DNA from: Haloquadratum walsbyi C23
Lineage (GTDB): Archaea; Halobacteriota; Halobacteria; Halobacteriales; Haloferacaceae
Assembly: GCF_000237865.1 (NCBI RefSeq)
Contig: NC_017459.1
Coordinates: 2,040,001 to 2,072,000 of the forward strand
Reading direction: 5' to 3'
Length of the DNA: 32,000 bases
Shown in pieces: positions 8,194-16,840 of this stretch. Position 1 is the first letter of the stretch; each line of letters opens with the position of its first letter. The translations under genes were made by a program, and so were the position numbers. The notes beneath the pieces are model-generated. The model saw only the letters and a program-made list of their open reading frames with translations. It did not search any database and was not told the DNA's origin.

Positions 8194-9987
8194 ATGACCT
8201 CTGCTGACGAACTCTCGTGGAGACAAAAGATCGCTTCCCTCCGTCGCGTAGCAGCCTATCGCCCCAGGTTCACCCTCAGTCTGGTTCTCTTCGGCGGTCT
8301 CGCAGCGGTTCTTGAAGGCATCGGGTTGGGGTTCATTTACCCGATTCTCGAAGTCGCCCAGACAGAGGGAGCCGTCGAGGGCGGGGGTCCCGTGCTCGAT
8401 GCCTTCCTGGCGGTTTATGAACTCGTCGGACTCCCGTTCACACTTGGCTATCTGATTGTCGGGGTCGGACTTGTGATGATTATCCGATATACGTTCTCTT
8501 TCCTAGTGGCCTGGCTGCGGGCTATCCTCGCGAAACACTACGAAAAGTCGCTTCGCACCCGAGCCTTCAAGAGCGCACTCGACGCACGGATCGGATACTT
8601 CGACGAGGAAGGATCGGACGACGTGCTCAATGCCATCATTACTGAAACGCGGTATTCCGGTCGGGTCATCCGCGACGGTGTCCGGACGATGGAGTATGTT
8701 TTCCTCGTCTCAGTTTACCTGGGCGTCATGGTGTACATCACGCCGACGATGACCGGACTGGCTATTGTCCTTCTTGGCGGGATCACGATCCTGCTACGTT
8801 TCGTCATCGAGCCTGCGGTGACAGTAGGTAACCGTGTTGCCGAGGCAAACGAAGAAGTCCAAGAGGCGGTTCAGGCTGGTACCCAGGGTGTCCGGGACGT
8901 CAAACTCTTCGGGCTCTCAGATGAGGTGTTTTCATCGTTTCGCGAGTCGATCGAGCAGTACGCCACTTCGAGTGTCGATATTACCCGGAACAAGGCCGCT
9001 ATTCAGAACTACTACCAGCTCGCCGCCGCCTTGACCATCTTCGTCCTCATCTACGTCGGCTTTAGGTACTCGGGACTCTCACTCGGCGAACTCGGTATCT
9101 TCCTCATCGCGATGTTCCAGTTAGCCCCACGAATGAGTTCACTCAATACCTTCTTCTATAATCTTGAAGGGAACATCTCGCATCTCGTTCGGACCCAGGA
9201 GTTCCTCTATCGGCTCAATGAAAACATCGAGCCGGACGGCGAGAAGCCAGTTCAGTCCGTCAGCGAGATAGAGTTCGAGGACGTTCACTTCACCTACGAG
9301 CCTGACGAACCGGTTCTCCAGGGCATCTCCTTCGAGGTCGAGCGCGGTGAGTTCGTGGCCTTCGTCGGACAGTCCGGTGCCGGCAAATCTACAATCGTCT
9401 CGCTTCTGGTCCGACTGTATGACCCTAACGGGGGTGATATCCGGGGTGATGGCACCTCGATTGAGGAATACGATATCGACCAGTGGCGTGAGCGAATCGC
9501 CGTGGTGCGCCAGCAACCCTATATTTTCAACGACACCCTCGAAGTCAACGTCACGATCGGCAATCGGGACGCCACCCGCCGGGAGGTCGAAGAGGTCTGT
9601 GAGATCGCGAAGGTCGATGAGTTCCTAAAGGAATTACCCAATGGGTATGACTCCCAGCTGGGCGACGACGGCGTTCGCCTCTCTGGTGGGCAGCGCCAAC
9701 GGGTAGCACTCGCTCGCGCCCTTCTCAAAGATGCAGACTTTCTCGTACTGGACGAGGCAACAAGTGATCTTGACTCCAATCTCGAACGGCAGGTCCAGCG
9801 GTCAATCGAGGCGATGGATCGGGACTACGGGATAATCGCCATCGCTCATCGTCTTTCGACGGTGAAAAATGCGGATCGTATTCACACCGTCGATGCGGGT
9901 AAAATCATTGAGTCAGGCACTCATCGGGAATTACTCGGCACAGATGGGGAGTATGCTGAACTGTATGCTATTCAGGCAAAAGAGTGA
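8194..9987 (+). CDS. ABC exporter, fused TMD-NBD half-transporter (MsbA/PglK architecture), 597 aa
   Basis: Has an N-terminal six-helix-type membrane domain. NBD motifs are Walker A GQSGAGKST, signature LSGGQRQRVALARAL, Walker B FLVLDEATSDLD and H-loop IAHRLSTV. The track ORF starts at 7954, but its first 80 codons are Arg-rich and non-protein-like. The ATG at 8194 (MTSADELSWRQKIASLRR...) gives the family-typical length. Confidence 0.88.
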   Translation: MTSADELSWRQKIASLRRVAAYRPRFTLSLVLFGGLAAVLEGIGLGFIYPILEVAQTEGAVEGGGPVLDAFLAVYELVGLPFTLGYLIVGVGLVMIIRYTFSFLVAWLRAILAKHYEKSLRTRAFKSALDARIGYFDEEGSDDVLNAIITETRYSGRVIRDGVRTMEYVFLVSVYLGVMVYITPTMTGLAIVLLGGITILLRFVIEPAVTVGNRVAEANEEVQEAVQAGTQGVRDVKLFGLSDEVFSSFRESIEQYATSSVDITRNKAAIQNYYQLAAALTIFVLIYVGFRYSGLSLGELGIFLIAMFQLAPRMSSLNTFFYNLEGNISHLVRTQEFLYRLNENIEPDGEKPVQSVSEIEFEDVHFTYEPDEPVLQGISFEVERGEFVAFVGQSGAGKSTIVSLLVRLYDPNGGDIRGDGTSIEEYDIDQWRERIAVVRQQPYIFNDTLEVNVTIGNRDATRREVEEVCEIAKVDEFLKELPNGYDSQLGDDGVRLSGGQRQRVALARALLKDADFLVLDEATSDLDSNLERQVQRSIEAMDRDYGIIAIAHRLSTVKNADRIHTVDAGKIIESGTHRELLGTDGEYAELYAIQAKE

Positions 9988-10074
9988 TTGAAATCCGTAT
10001 CCATCGAACTGACTACTGTAGATGGATGGTACGAGAGAAACGCCTACAGTAAAATTCATACTAATATTACTCGA

Positions 10075-11163
10075 ATGAGAATTGCCATCGTCCTCCGAAG
10101 TTTCCCTCCGGACATCATAGGAGGTATGGAGACCCAGACCAAAAATATGGGGACGGAACTTCACAACGCAGACCACGATGTTACAGTTTTTACCAAGCAG
10201 TGCGGTGATCACGACGACAGCGACGTTCCCTATGAGGTCGCCCGTGTCCCGCACTGGCAGCTAACCCCCTTTGTGAGCGACTTCACCTTCCTCGTGGTAG
10301 CTTTGTTAACCCTCCTCCGCCGAAAGAATGAATTCGATGTACTACAGTGTATGATGATTTATCCTATGGGCTTTCTCGGCTACGTCGTCAACAAACTCGC
10401 GGGTCTCCCCTATTTCGCCTGGATTCGCGGCGGCGACTATTATCTGATGAACGATATATGCTGGAAACGCTGGATGATGCGCCGCGTCCTGAACGATACA
10501 CTCGTCCTCGCACAATCCGAGGAGATTCGCGAGGATGTTACCTCCGACTTCTCGGATATCGACTGCGATATCCAAGTACTGGGTAACGCGGTGTCGGTTC
10601 CTGACGAGACTGCTTATGGGGAGGGGGTCCTCTACGTCGGTCGCCTCGCCCCGAAGAAAGGGCTCGAATACCTGATCAAAGCACTGGACGGTCTAGGTAC
10701 ACAACTTACCATTGTGGGGGACGGGTCCGAACGGAGCCAACTCGAAGCGCTTGCTACCGATACTGAGGGCGACATAACATTTGAAGGGGAAGTTCCCCCG
10801 GATACTGTAGACAGGTATTACAGTTCAGCTGCAGTCTTCGTTCTTCCATCGGTCGAAGGAGAAGGAATGCCGAACGCCGTATTAGAGGCGATGGCTTGGG
10901 GTCTTCCGGTAATTGCAACAAATAGCGGCGGACTGCCAACAGTAATCGAAGATGATCTTAATGGGTATCTCGTCTCGATGAGAGATCCAAATTCACTCCG
11001 AGAGAGAATAAAAACGGTAATACAAAATCCCAAAAAACGCAAGCAGATTGGGGAAAATGCCAGACAATACGTGAAAGATAATCATTCATGGGACAGTCTC
11101 GTGTCCGAAGTTGAAGAAATATACGTCAAGTTATTGATGGACAAAGGCGATTTGGAAGAATAA
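10075..11163 (+). CDS. Glycosyltransferase family 4 (GT-B, retaining type)
   Basis: MRIAIVLRSFPPDIIGGMETQ... N-terminus. The C-terminal domain carries the E-x7-E motif (EGEGMPNAVLEAMAWGLPVIATNSGGLP). The track start at 9988 is a TTG immediately after the ABC stop, so I prefer the ATG at 10075. Co-directional with the ABC gene and 87 nt downstream of it. Confidence 0.85.
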   Translation: MRIAIVLRSFPPDIIGGMETQTKNMGTELHNADHDVTVFTKQCGDHDDSDVPYEVARVPHWQLTPFVSDFTFLVVALLTLLRRKNEFDVLQCMMIYPMGFLGYVVNKLAGLPYFAWIRGGDYYLMNDICWKRWMMRRVLNDTLVLAQSEEIREDVTSDFSDIDCDIQVLGNAVSVPDETAYGEGVLYVGRLAPKKGLEYLIKALDGLGTQLTIVGDGSERSQLEALATDTEGDITFEGEVPPDTVDRYYSSAAVFVLPSVEGEGMPNAVLEAMAWGLPVIATNSGGLPTVIEDDLNGYLVSMRDPNSLRERIKTVIQNPKKRKQIGENARQYVKDNHSWDSLVSEVEEIYVKLLMDKGDLEE

Positions 11164-11302
11164 TCAGAGACGAACGACAAGATATTCCTCGACACAGATA
11201 GAGAACATGAGGACTGTACGCTATCCGGGCAAAAAATGTGATACAAGCTTACGAGCAGCAATCAGAACGATATGTAAAAGCTGATTAAAATTATGCTGAG
11301 GG

Positions 11303-12372
11303 TTATCGCATCGGGGTCTCATCGATGTCTATGACCGATTCTAACTCACTATCGAGCACGCGGTAGACACGACTCTGTGGTGGCTTTTCGTGCTTGATCA
11401 ACTCGTACTCACGGAGCCTCACCAGTTTGTTTCGTCGCGATCGCTTTCCGGTTGGTGTCTGTGGGTATTCGGCGTACAACTGCTCAGCCGCATTTTCGTA
11501 TCGGTAATGTAGTTCAGAAGCCGGGATTTCACCAGCGACGCGAATCAGCTCGTAGAGTACGTGATGGTGTAGCGGGAGGGAATTGAGATTCGACTGTCGG
11601 ATGCGGTGGAGCGCACTATCGTACGAATCCCCAATGTCCGCAGGTCGAATCGTCTCGTGAGAGCGTTCGACTGCCAGTTTCGCTGCTGCGTGGAGTGATT
11701 GGATCCCGAACCGGGCGACACCGGCGACGTGGTTCGCAATCGTTCGGAGTTGCTTCCGAGTGACGAGATCCTTCGCGAGACCCTGCTTCGCGCGGGCCTC
11801 GAGGATATCTGCGAGTTTACCCGTGCCGTATCGTTAGAGCTGGATGTGGCGATCCCCGTCGAAGAAGTGGCTGCCGTTCATCGGCATCCGAGCGAGACAT
11901 GACTGCAGCCGTGACAGATCGCGACAATCGATATCCGGGGAACAGCGTGGAGACGCTTGATTACGTCGTGGTCGTGGATATTGTCGGCCTCGTCAAGGAT
12001 CCCGACGAATGGATATTCCACGGTGTTATGGAGATGCTGAGAGACGTCGTCGACGGGCGTGTTTCCAGAGACCTGATCGCTGGCATCGGATGGATGCTGT
12101 CGGAGAGCCTCGCGAAGAATCGCACCGGTGCTCTTGCCGAGGCTGCGGATGTGGGCGTGCGCGACCGGGGCGCGCTCTTCGAGACGATCGAGTGTGTGGC
12201 GCAAAGAACTGTCTTCCCAACACCGCTAGGACCGCTTATTAGCGCATTATGTGGGGCAGATCCGCTCATCCGCCGGCTGAAACGCACGAGAGAGCTGACC
12301 CACCTCTGATTCGCGGTGTATCAACTCCCGAGGGAGGTATATGTCTTTGAAAACACGGGGATCGATGATCAT
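11303..12372 (-). pseudogene. orc1/cdc6 (AAA+ replication initiator family) pseudogene with at least three frameshifts and one in-frame stop
   Basis: Manual minus-strand translation, in order:
- MIIDPRVFKDIYLPRELIHRESEVGQLSRAFQPADERI, then a frame change.
- HNALISGPSGVGKTV (Walker A), then a frame change.
- RHTLDRLEERAPVAHAHIRSLGKSTGAILREA...VGILDEADNI (Walker B), then a frame change.
- FDGDRHIQL-stop-RYGTGKLADILEARAKQGL...
- Finally a winged-helix-like end, ...LVRLREYELIKHEKPPQSRVYRVLDSEL.
The track shows only fragments (11545-11739, 11878-12204, 11961-12287). Confidence 0.85.
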
Positions 12373-12611
12373 AGATAGTATTTGACGAGAGAATGAATAT
12401 AAACCATGATTGAACTTCCGGCAATAGGGAGTGCAGCCAGACAGAGTGTGCTATTAACTACATCAAATAGTGCCCAGTTGTAAGCGCAAACCTCCTCGGT
12501 TCTGACTGGCCAGGAGAGTGGAGTACTAATTACTGCGTTTTTTGATCGAGAAGTACCGTAGCTGAAGCCAAGGGTTTTGATGAGGCCTACTGAATGAATC
12601 ACTACCAAAAT

Positions 12612-12640
12612 ATGAAACTCGCATGTGCATACACTGGCCG
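12612..12640 (+). pseudogene. 5-prime fragment (9.67 codons, MKLACAYTG-) of the GT4 gene split by IS-A copy 1
   Basis: ATGAAACTCGCATGTGCATACACTGGCCG ends exactly at the IS-A end. Joining it to 16841 onward, after removing one TGGCCG copy, gives MKLACAYTGRSMSQPVLLNRLNEE... This aligns with the paralog N-terminus MHIAVSYNKFGTSKSGGARESLLTLLKGVAEQ... (21648). Confidence 0.8.
12635..12640. repeat. Target-site duplication TGGCCG (left copy) of IS-A copy 1
   Basis: Identical hexamer at 16835-16840, immediately outside the other IS end. A 7-bp reading (TGGCCGG) is possible if the terminal G is assigned to the target. Confidence 0.75.
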
Positions 12641-12928
12641 GAGGGTGTTATACAAGAGTTCTCACACCGTGATCACGGTACTTCCCGGATTGTCTCCTCG
12701 TTCGTAGTTGGTGATTGCGACGACGAGGCAGGAGTTCGGAATGTGCATCAACTGCTGGTGGGTGGTAGTTAATATCACCAATATATTGGTGGAATAATAT
12801 TGGACTACATTTTGCCTGGGGAAATAATCGAACGAACTACTGATTTCGACGAATAGTGGGGCGAAAATGACCGGACTGCAGAGAGATGTATCTCACGAGT
12901 CGGCGTTCCGCCCGGCGCGGCGGAACGC

Positions 12929-13744
12929 CTACGTCACGGGCATCTCCTTGCGCACGATATTCAGGAACGTCCGGGCAGGCACACGCGGTTTCAGTCGCTG
13001 CTTGACGGTGAGACTGATCTGTACCAGCAGATCCACCACCAACCACATATCATAGAGAATCACCACAAAGCTGAAGTAGAATACTCGTACTGCCGTATTC
13101 CGTGATGTCGTCCATGCCAGGAAATCTTTGATTGACTTGTAGCTGTTCTCAATCCCCCACCTCCGAGCGTACCGCCCCATGATGCGGCGGGTACGCCCGC
13201 GTGCTGCTTTCGTGCTATCGCTCACCTGGAGATTCGTCATAAACGTCACCGTTTCATCTTCCTTCCGGGTTGGGGGAACCCCGACCAGGGTCGGGGTGAC
13301 CGTCACAGATTCGCCCCCGCTCGTCTTCTTCATCTCGTGGGATTGCTTGACCGCTACATCGTGATCCATGTCGACGACAAACCGATCAACGCGGTCGTCC
13401 GAAGATTTGCGAATCAGGTACGAGAGGCCCTTCTCTTCGAGAGCGTCAATGACGCCGATGCTGTCGAATTCAGCATCGGCATACATTGTCTCGAGCGAGA
13501 CATGATCGCTTGCTATATCGATCAGTTGTTCCACGAGCACGCTCCGAGGGATGTAGCCGCGAAGCGGCCGCATCCCGAGCGTAAATTTCACTTCCTCACC
13601 AACGATCGAGATTGTTGCCATCTTGTAACACCACGAATAAGACTTGCTCGGTGGAGCGCCGGTGCTCATCTGGAACTCATCGCGGTTACCGTAGTACGCG
13701 ACGTATGTGATGTCGATCGCCACGTCTAGTACTTCATGAAACAT
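12929..13744 (-). CDS. IS-B DDE catalytic-domain ORF (271 aa)
   Basis: Carries LDVAIDITYVAYYG (first D region), MYADAEFDS (second D region) and YARRWGIENSYKSIK (Y-x2-R-x3-E-x6-K). Overall it resembles ISH3-type haloarchaeal transposases as I remember them. Confidence 0.75.
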   Translation of the reverse strand: MFHEVLDVAIDITYVAYYGNRDEFQMSTGAPPSKSYSWCYKMATISIVGEEVKFTLGMRPLRGYIPRSVLVEQLIDIASDHVSLETMYADAEFDSIGVIDALEEKGLSYLIRKSSDDRVDRFVVDMDHDVAVKQSHEMKKTSGGESVTVTPTLVGVPPTRKEDETVTFMTNLQVSDSTKAARGRTRRIMGRYARRWGIENSYKSIKDFLAWTTSRNTAVRVFYFSFVVILYDMWLVVDLLVQISLTVKQRLKPRVPARTFLNIVRKEMPVT

Positions 13745-13831
13745 TTTGAACTATCGGTCCTATACAGCAGTATCAGCAGCTACTCTATGCCAAGATTTTG
13801 AATTGAATTCCTCAATAAGTTTTCAGGAGCA

Positions 13832-14611
13832 TCAGACGTGGCGATCTATCGAATAGTACTGCTCGGCAGCCCAAATCATCTCACCAATTGCACCATTGAT
13901 CATCGACGCGATCTCCATCACGTCGAGTTGCTTGATATACCGGAGATGCGTATCACCAGCGGGTCCACCCGCTTCGCGAGTCGTTTCTTCGTCGAACATC
14001 TGGCTGCCTTGATTGGCAGCTGTGCCGGTCAATCCGAGATAACTCTGAAGATCGATTGCAGGAAAGACAATCTGACAGAGTGCATCCGTCACATCCTTGG
14101 CCTTCTCGGTGACGTAGCGTCGCTCCGTCCGGTTCGAACAGTCGGTCTTGTTGGTTGGTTTGAGTGCGCGCATTCCGAGCGGGTTGCCCATTTCGTGGGC
14201 AACCGCAAGGATACGCTGTGCAGACTGTGTAATGAACGATTTGAGCCGGTCAGAGAAGCGATCACGCCATGTGCGGCCAAGTGTAGTTCGGTCTGGAGCA
14301 GTCTTGTCAGGAGCGAATTGCTCGGGATCGAAGCCGAGCGTGCGGGCGCAGGCACGCTCGGCGTCGGCAAGATACTCGTAGAGTCCTGTAGTCATGAATC
14401 CCGCAAGTTCCTTGCAGTAGAACGCGCATACCATCGGTCGATAGCCGTACTTCGCCTCCCATTCCTTTGCAGCCGTGCCAGAAACGGGCGTATCAGTAAA
14501 CGCGAACTCAGTGACAACGGTGAGGAGATCGGTGTCTTTATATATCGACTCGGCAGCTTGGCGTTCGAGCCGCCTGATGACCGGCTCGAACTCGGGTGTC
14601 TTCTGTGACAT
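13832..14611 (-). CDS. IS-B upstream ORF (about 259 aa), N-terminal transposase-type domain
   Basis: MSQKTPEFEPVIRRLERQ... with a block YGYRPMVCAFYCKELAG...APDRTTLGRTWRDRF that resembles the InsH/DUF772-type N-terminal domain of IS4/IS5 transposases. The track start at 14632 is a TTG, so I use the ATG at 14611. Same frame as 12929-13744, but separated from it by an AT-rich 87-nt spacer. Confidence 0.6.
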   Translation of the reverse strand: MSQKTPEFEPVIRRLERQAAESIYKDTDLLTVVTEFAFTDTPVSGTAAKEWEAKYGYRPMVCAFYCKELAGFMTTGLYEYLADAERACARTLGFDPEQFAPDKTAPDRTTLGRTWRDRFSDRLKSFITQSAQRILAVAHEMGNPLGMRALKPTNKTDCSNRTERRYVTEKAKDVTDALCQIVFPAIDLQSYLGLTGTAANQGSQMFDEETTREAGGPAGDTHLRYIKQLDVMEIASMINGAIGEMIWAAEQYYSIDRHV

Positions 14612-15252
14612 CCTCTCAACACTGGTAACCAAGCCTGGTTAGCCACCCGTCTCGTGCACAAAATCTGTCGTTCCGAACTCCTGACGAGGCGCAGACACAA
14701 CGCGAGGAACACCTGTGCTCGTGAATGGACGCGGTCTCGGGCGTGCGTTCGCCCGAGACCGCAGCCCTTGACTGATTCGTTGGTTCGTTCGACGCCACTC
14801 CGGCGGTTGTACGTCTCGTCTAGCGTTGATTGCTTCAGCTGAACGTCCTTACTGTGTTTTTCGATGCGGTCCTCTACCCTGTACTCGATGTCTTTCGGGT
14901 CGTCGGTGTTTCGTGGATTGTACGGAGCGACTGGCACGACCCCTGCGGTCAGCAGGTGGTCGTGCCACTCGAGCGTGTCGTAAGCGCTGTCTCCAAGCAT
15001 CCAGATCGGTTTCTCGACGGCGAGTGCGTCACGCGTGACGCACATCGCCGTCTCTTCTGGTGCTTGTTTGCTCTCGGTGAACTCGGCTGCAGTCGGGATC
15101 TTTTGCCCGGTCGAGACGATCGTGCAGCCGTAGCCGTAGTAGTACTCGTCATCGGTTGGATCAGAGCACTTCGATGCGTCTGGATCGGCGGGCATTGCTC
15201 TCACATCGGTTGAATCGATAGAATACGTTAACTCGAGCAGGCCCCCGCAATA

Positions 15253-16411
15253 GTGCTTCACAGAAGATTTAGGTGTACTCTGCGTGGGTAGGGTGATGAC
15301 TGGACGAGAGAAAGAGATCGTCCGACATCTCAGCGAGGACGATCTCGACCGCTTGCTCACACAGACTGACAGCGAGAAGGTGAGCAAGCGGCTCACCTTC
15401 GTCAAACGGCTGGATAAGGGTGCAACGCTGGAAGACGCAGCTGACGATGTTGGAATGTCTCAATCAACCGGGAGTCGGTGGACCACACTCTGGAATAAGG
15501 GCGGTCTCGGACTTCTCACACCGAGCTTCGGGGGCGGTCGGCCCCCGAAGCTCAATGAGAAGCAACGAGAGCGGCTCCTTGATCTGCTTGCAGAGGGTGA
15601 GCCCTGGAAGAAACAGGAAATTCAGCACCTCATCAATCAAGAGCTCGACGTCAAGTTCCATCCGAATTATTTGCCACGGCTTCTCGATGATCTCGGTCTC
15701 TCGTACGCGATTCCGCGTACAGAGAGGCCAGACCGACCAGAGAACGCTGACGAAATTCTCGACGAACGCGTTGCCGACGCGTTCACTGAGGATGATGGAG
15801 ACGAACCACACAACAAACAGCCTGAAGACGACAGTGACAACGAATGGACGCTCGACGATGATGTTCGAACGGACGGTGGTACGACCGTCGGTTTCTTCGA
15901 TGTTTCGCATCCACAACCGTGGGACAATTCCCAGCGGCTCTACACGGTAACTGAGCCAACAATCACCCGACCGCTGGTGAAAATTGATACACCAGCGGCC
16001 GGGTTCTATGCACTCAACGGTGAGAGTGTCCTCCAGTTTCCGCCAAATCAGGAGAAAGAACAGATCTGCGTGTGTTTCGAGGGGATACGCGAGCAGAATC
16101 CGGGTCAACGGATTCTGCTCATCTTAGATAATTTCTCATCGCACGTCTGTGCACATACGCGAGAACGTGCCCACGAACTCGGGATCGACCTCGCCTCGTC
16201 TTTCTCCCGATCGGCTCACCGCACCTCAACCCAATTGAGCCGATCTGGAAGAGTCTCAAATGGGAATCGTCGCCCCTGATCGTGGAGGGCGCGGCTGAAT
16301 ACCGCGTCCTCCTCGATGAGATCTTCACAAAATTGACCGACCAGCTGAGTTTCGCAAGCTCCTGGATCGAAAATCATCTCAACGAATTCATTCAGAAGTT
16401 ACGTTAATCAC
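15253..16411 (+). mobile_element. IS-C: 1159-bp IS630/Tc1-mariner-type element nested in IS-A copy 1
   Basis: Flanked by TA at 15251-15252 and 16412-16413, the TA target duplication typical of IS630. The short imperfect terminal repeat is GTGCTTCAC and GTGATTAAC (reverse complement). The insert is absent from the homologous site of copy 2 (20726/20727). Confidence 0.85.
15296..16407 (+). pseudogene. IS630-family transposase with a frameshift near 16186-16200
   Basis: Frame 0 gives MTGREKEIVRHLSEDDLDRL... (HTH region) ...ILLILDNFSSH...ELGIDL. The conserved continuation LVFLPIGSPHLNPIEPIWKSLKWES...FIQKLR-stop (the SPxLNPIE catalytic-E block) lies in a different frame and ends at 16407. Confidence 0.8.
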
Positions 16412-16834
16412 TAGGCGACCTGCTCGACGAGATGGTCGAAGACCCGGTCGACGACGTGCTCAAGATCAGTGAGAAAGCGATCGACCGCGTCTCTTGACGG
16501 CGGTCGATCGAAGCCACAGCTGAGCCAGACAACGGTGTTGTTCAGTTCTCGTGCAACCGGACGGATGCCGTAGATGTTCTTGTAATAGCAATGGAGAAAG
16601 CCACGCATCATTTCGGGCGGTTCAAGATCTCGTGTTCGCCCCATCTTCGTCGGGGCGAACACGTCGAACTCTTCAAGAAACTCGAAGGAGAGATGCTCGA
16701 ACAATGCCAACGTCTCCGTTTCCACGACATTGAAGAACGATTCTACCGAAGGATCATCTTGCAGGGTCGCTGAACTCATTCCACCTCAGCGTTCACCCTG
16801 CTCTTTGGTATGCGAACTGTTCTATGACACCCTC

Positions 16835-16840
16835 TGGCCG
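16835..16840. repeat. Target-site duplication TGGCCG (right copy) of IS-A copy 1
   Basis: See 12635-12640. Confidence 0.75.

Larger units (their letters stand above)
12729..14683 (-). mobile_element. IS-B: 1955-bp ISH3/IS4-like element nested in IS-A copy 1
   Basis: Perfect 13-bp terminal inverted repeats: CAGGAGTTCGGAA at 12729-12741 and its reverse complement at 14671-14683. Flanked by the direct repeat ACGAGG (12723-12728 and 14684-14689), which occurs only once at the homologous site of copy 2 (20155-20160). Confidence 0.9.
12662..16779 (-). pseudogene. IS-A copy 1 transposase (DDE, Y-x2-R-x3-E-x6-K signature), split into three pieces by IS-B and IS-C
   Basis: The pieces are MSSATLQDDPSVESFF...HLVEQVA (16414-16779), ...LLELTYSIDSTDV...MLGDSAYD...YNRRSGVERTNESVK...ALCLRLV (14684-15250) and VAITNYERGDNPGSTVITV-stop (12662-12722). 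After in-silico removal of both inserts the frame is continuous. Confidence 0.85.
12641..16834 (-). mobile_element. IS-A copy 1: ~1.07-kb IS4/IS5-type insertion sequence interrupted by two nested IS elements
   Basis: Segments 12641-12728, 14690-15250 and 16414-16834 (88+561+421 nt) are collinear and near-identical with 20073-21147. Imperfect terminal inverted repeats are GAGGGTGTTATACAAGAG (left) and GAGGGTGTCATAGAACAG (reverse complement of right). Confidence 0.9.

Noticed and set aside
12369-12608. 79-aa minus-strand ORF between the orc1 pseudogene and the split GT4 start
   Set aside because: It has no motif and lies in what should be the divergent promoter region. Its stop overlaps the orc1 start codon. 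Treated as non-coding.
12373-12611. Possible replication origin or ORB repeats next to the orc1/cdc6 relic
   Set aside because: I found no repeated ORB-like element and no pronounced AT-rich unwinding stretch in this 239-bp region.
13838-14608. 256-aa plus-strand ORF inside IS-B
   Set aside because: The opposite strand encodes a protein with transposase-type N-terminal motifs that is co-oriented with the DDE ORF. The plus ORF is Arg/Leu/Cys-rich and looks like a shadow.
14392-15405. 337-aa minus-strand ORF in the track
   Set aside because: It is a chimera. It starts inside IS-C, runs through the middle IS-A transposase segment (...LLELTYSIDSTDV...ALCLRLV) and then reads out into IS-B sequence (RSSERQILCTRRV...). 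It is not a real gene product.
15464-16108. 214-aa minus-strand ORF, plus 15420-15950 on the plus strand, inside IS-C
   Set aside because: They overlap the IS630-type transposase frame, which carries the recognisable HTH and DDE blocks.
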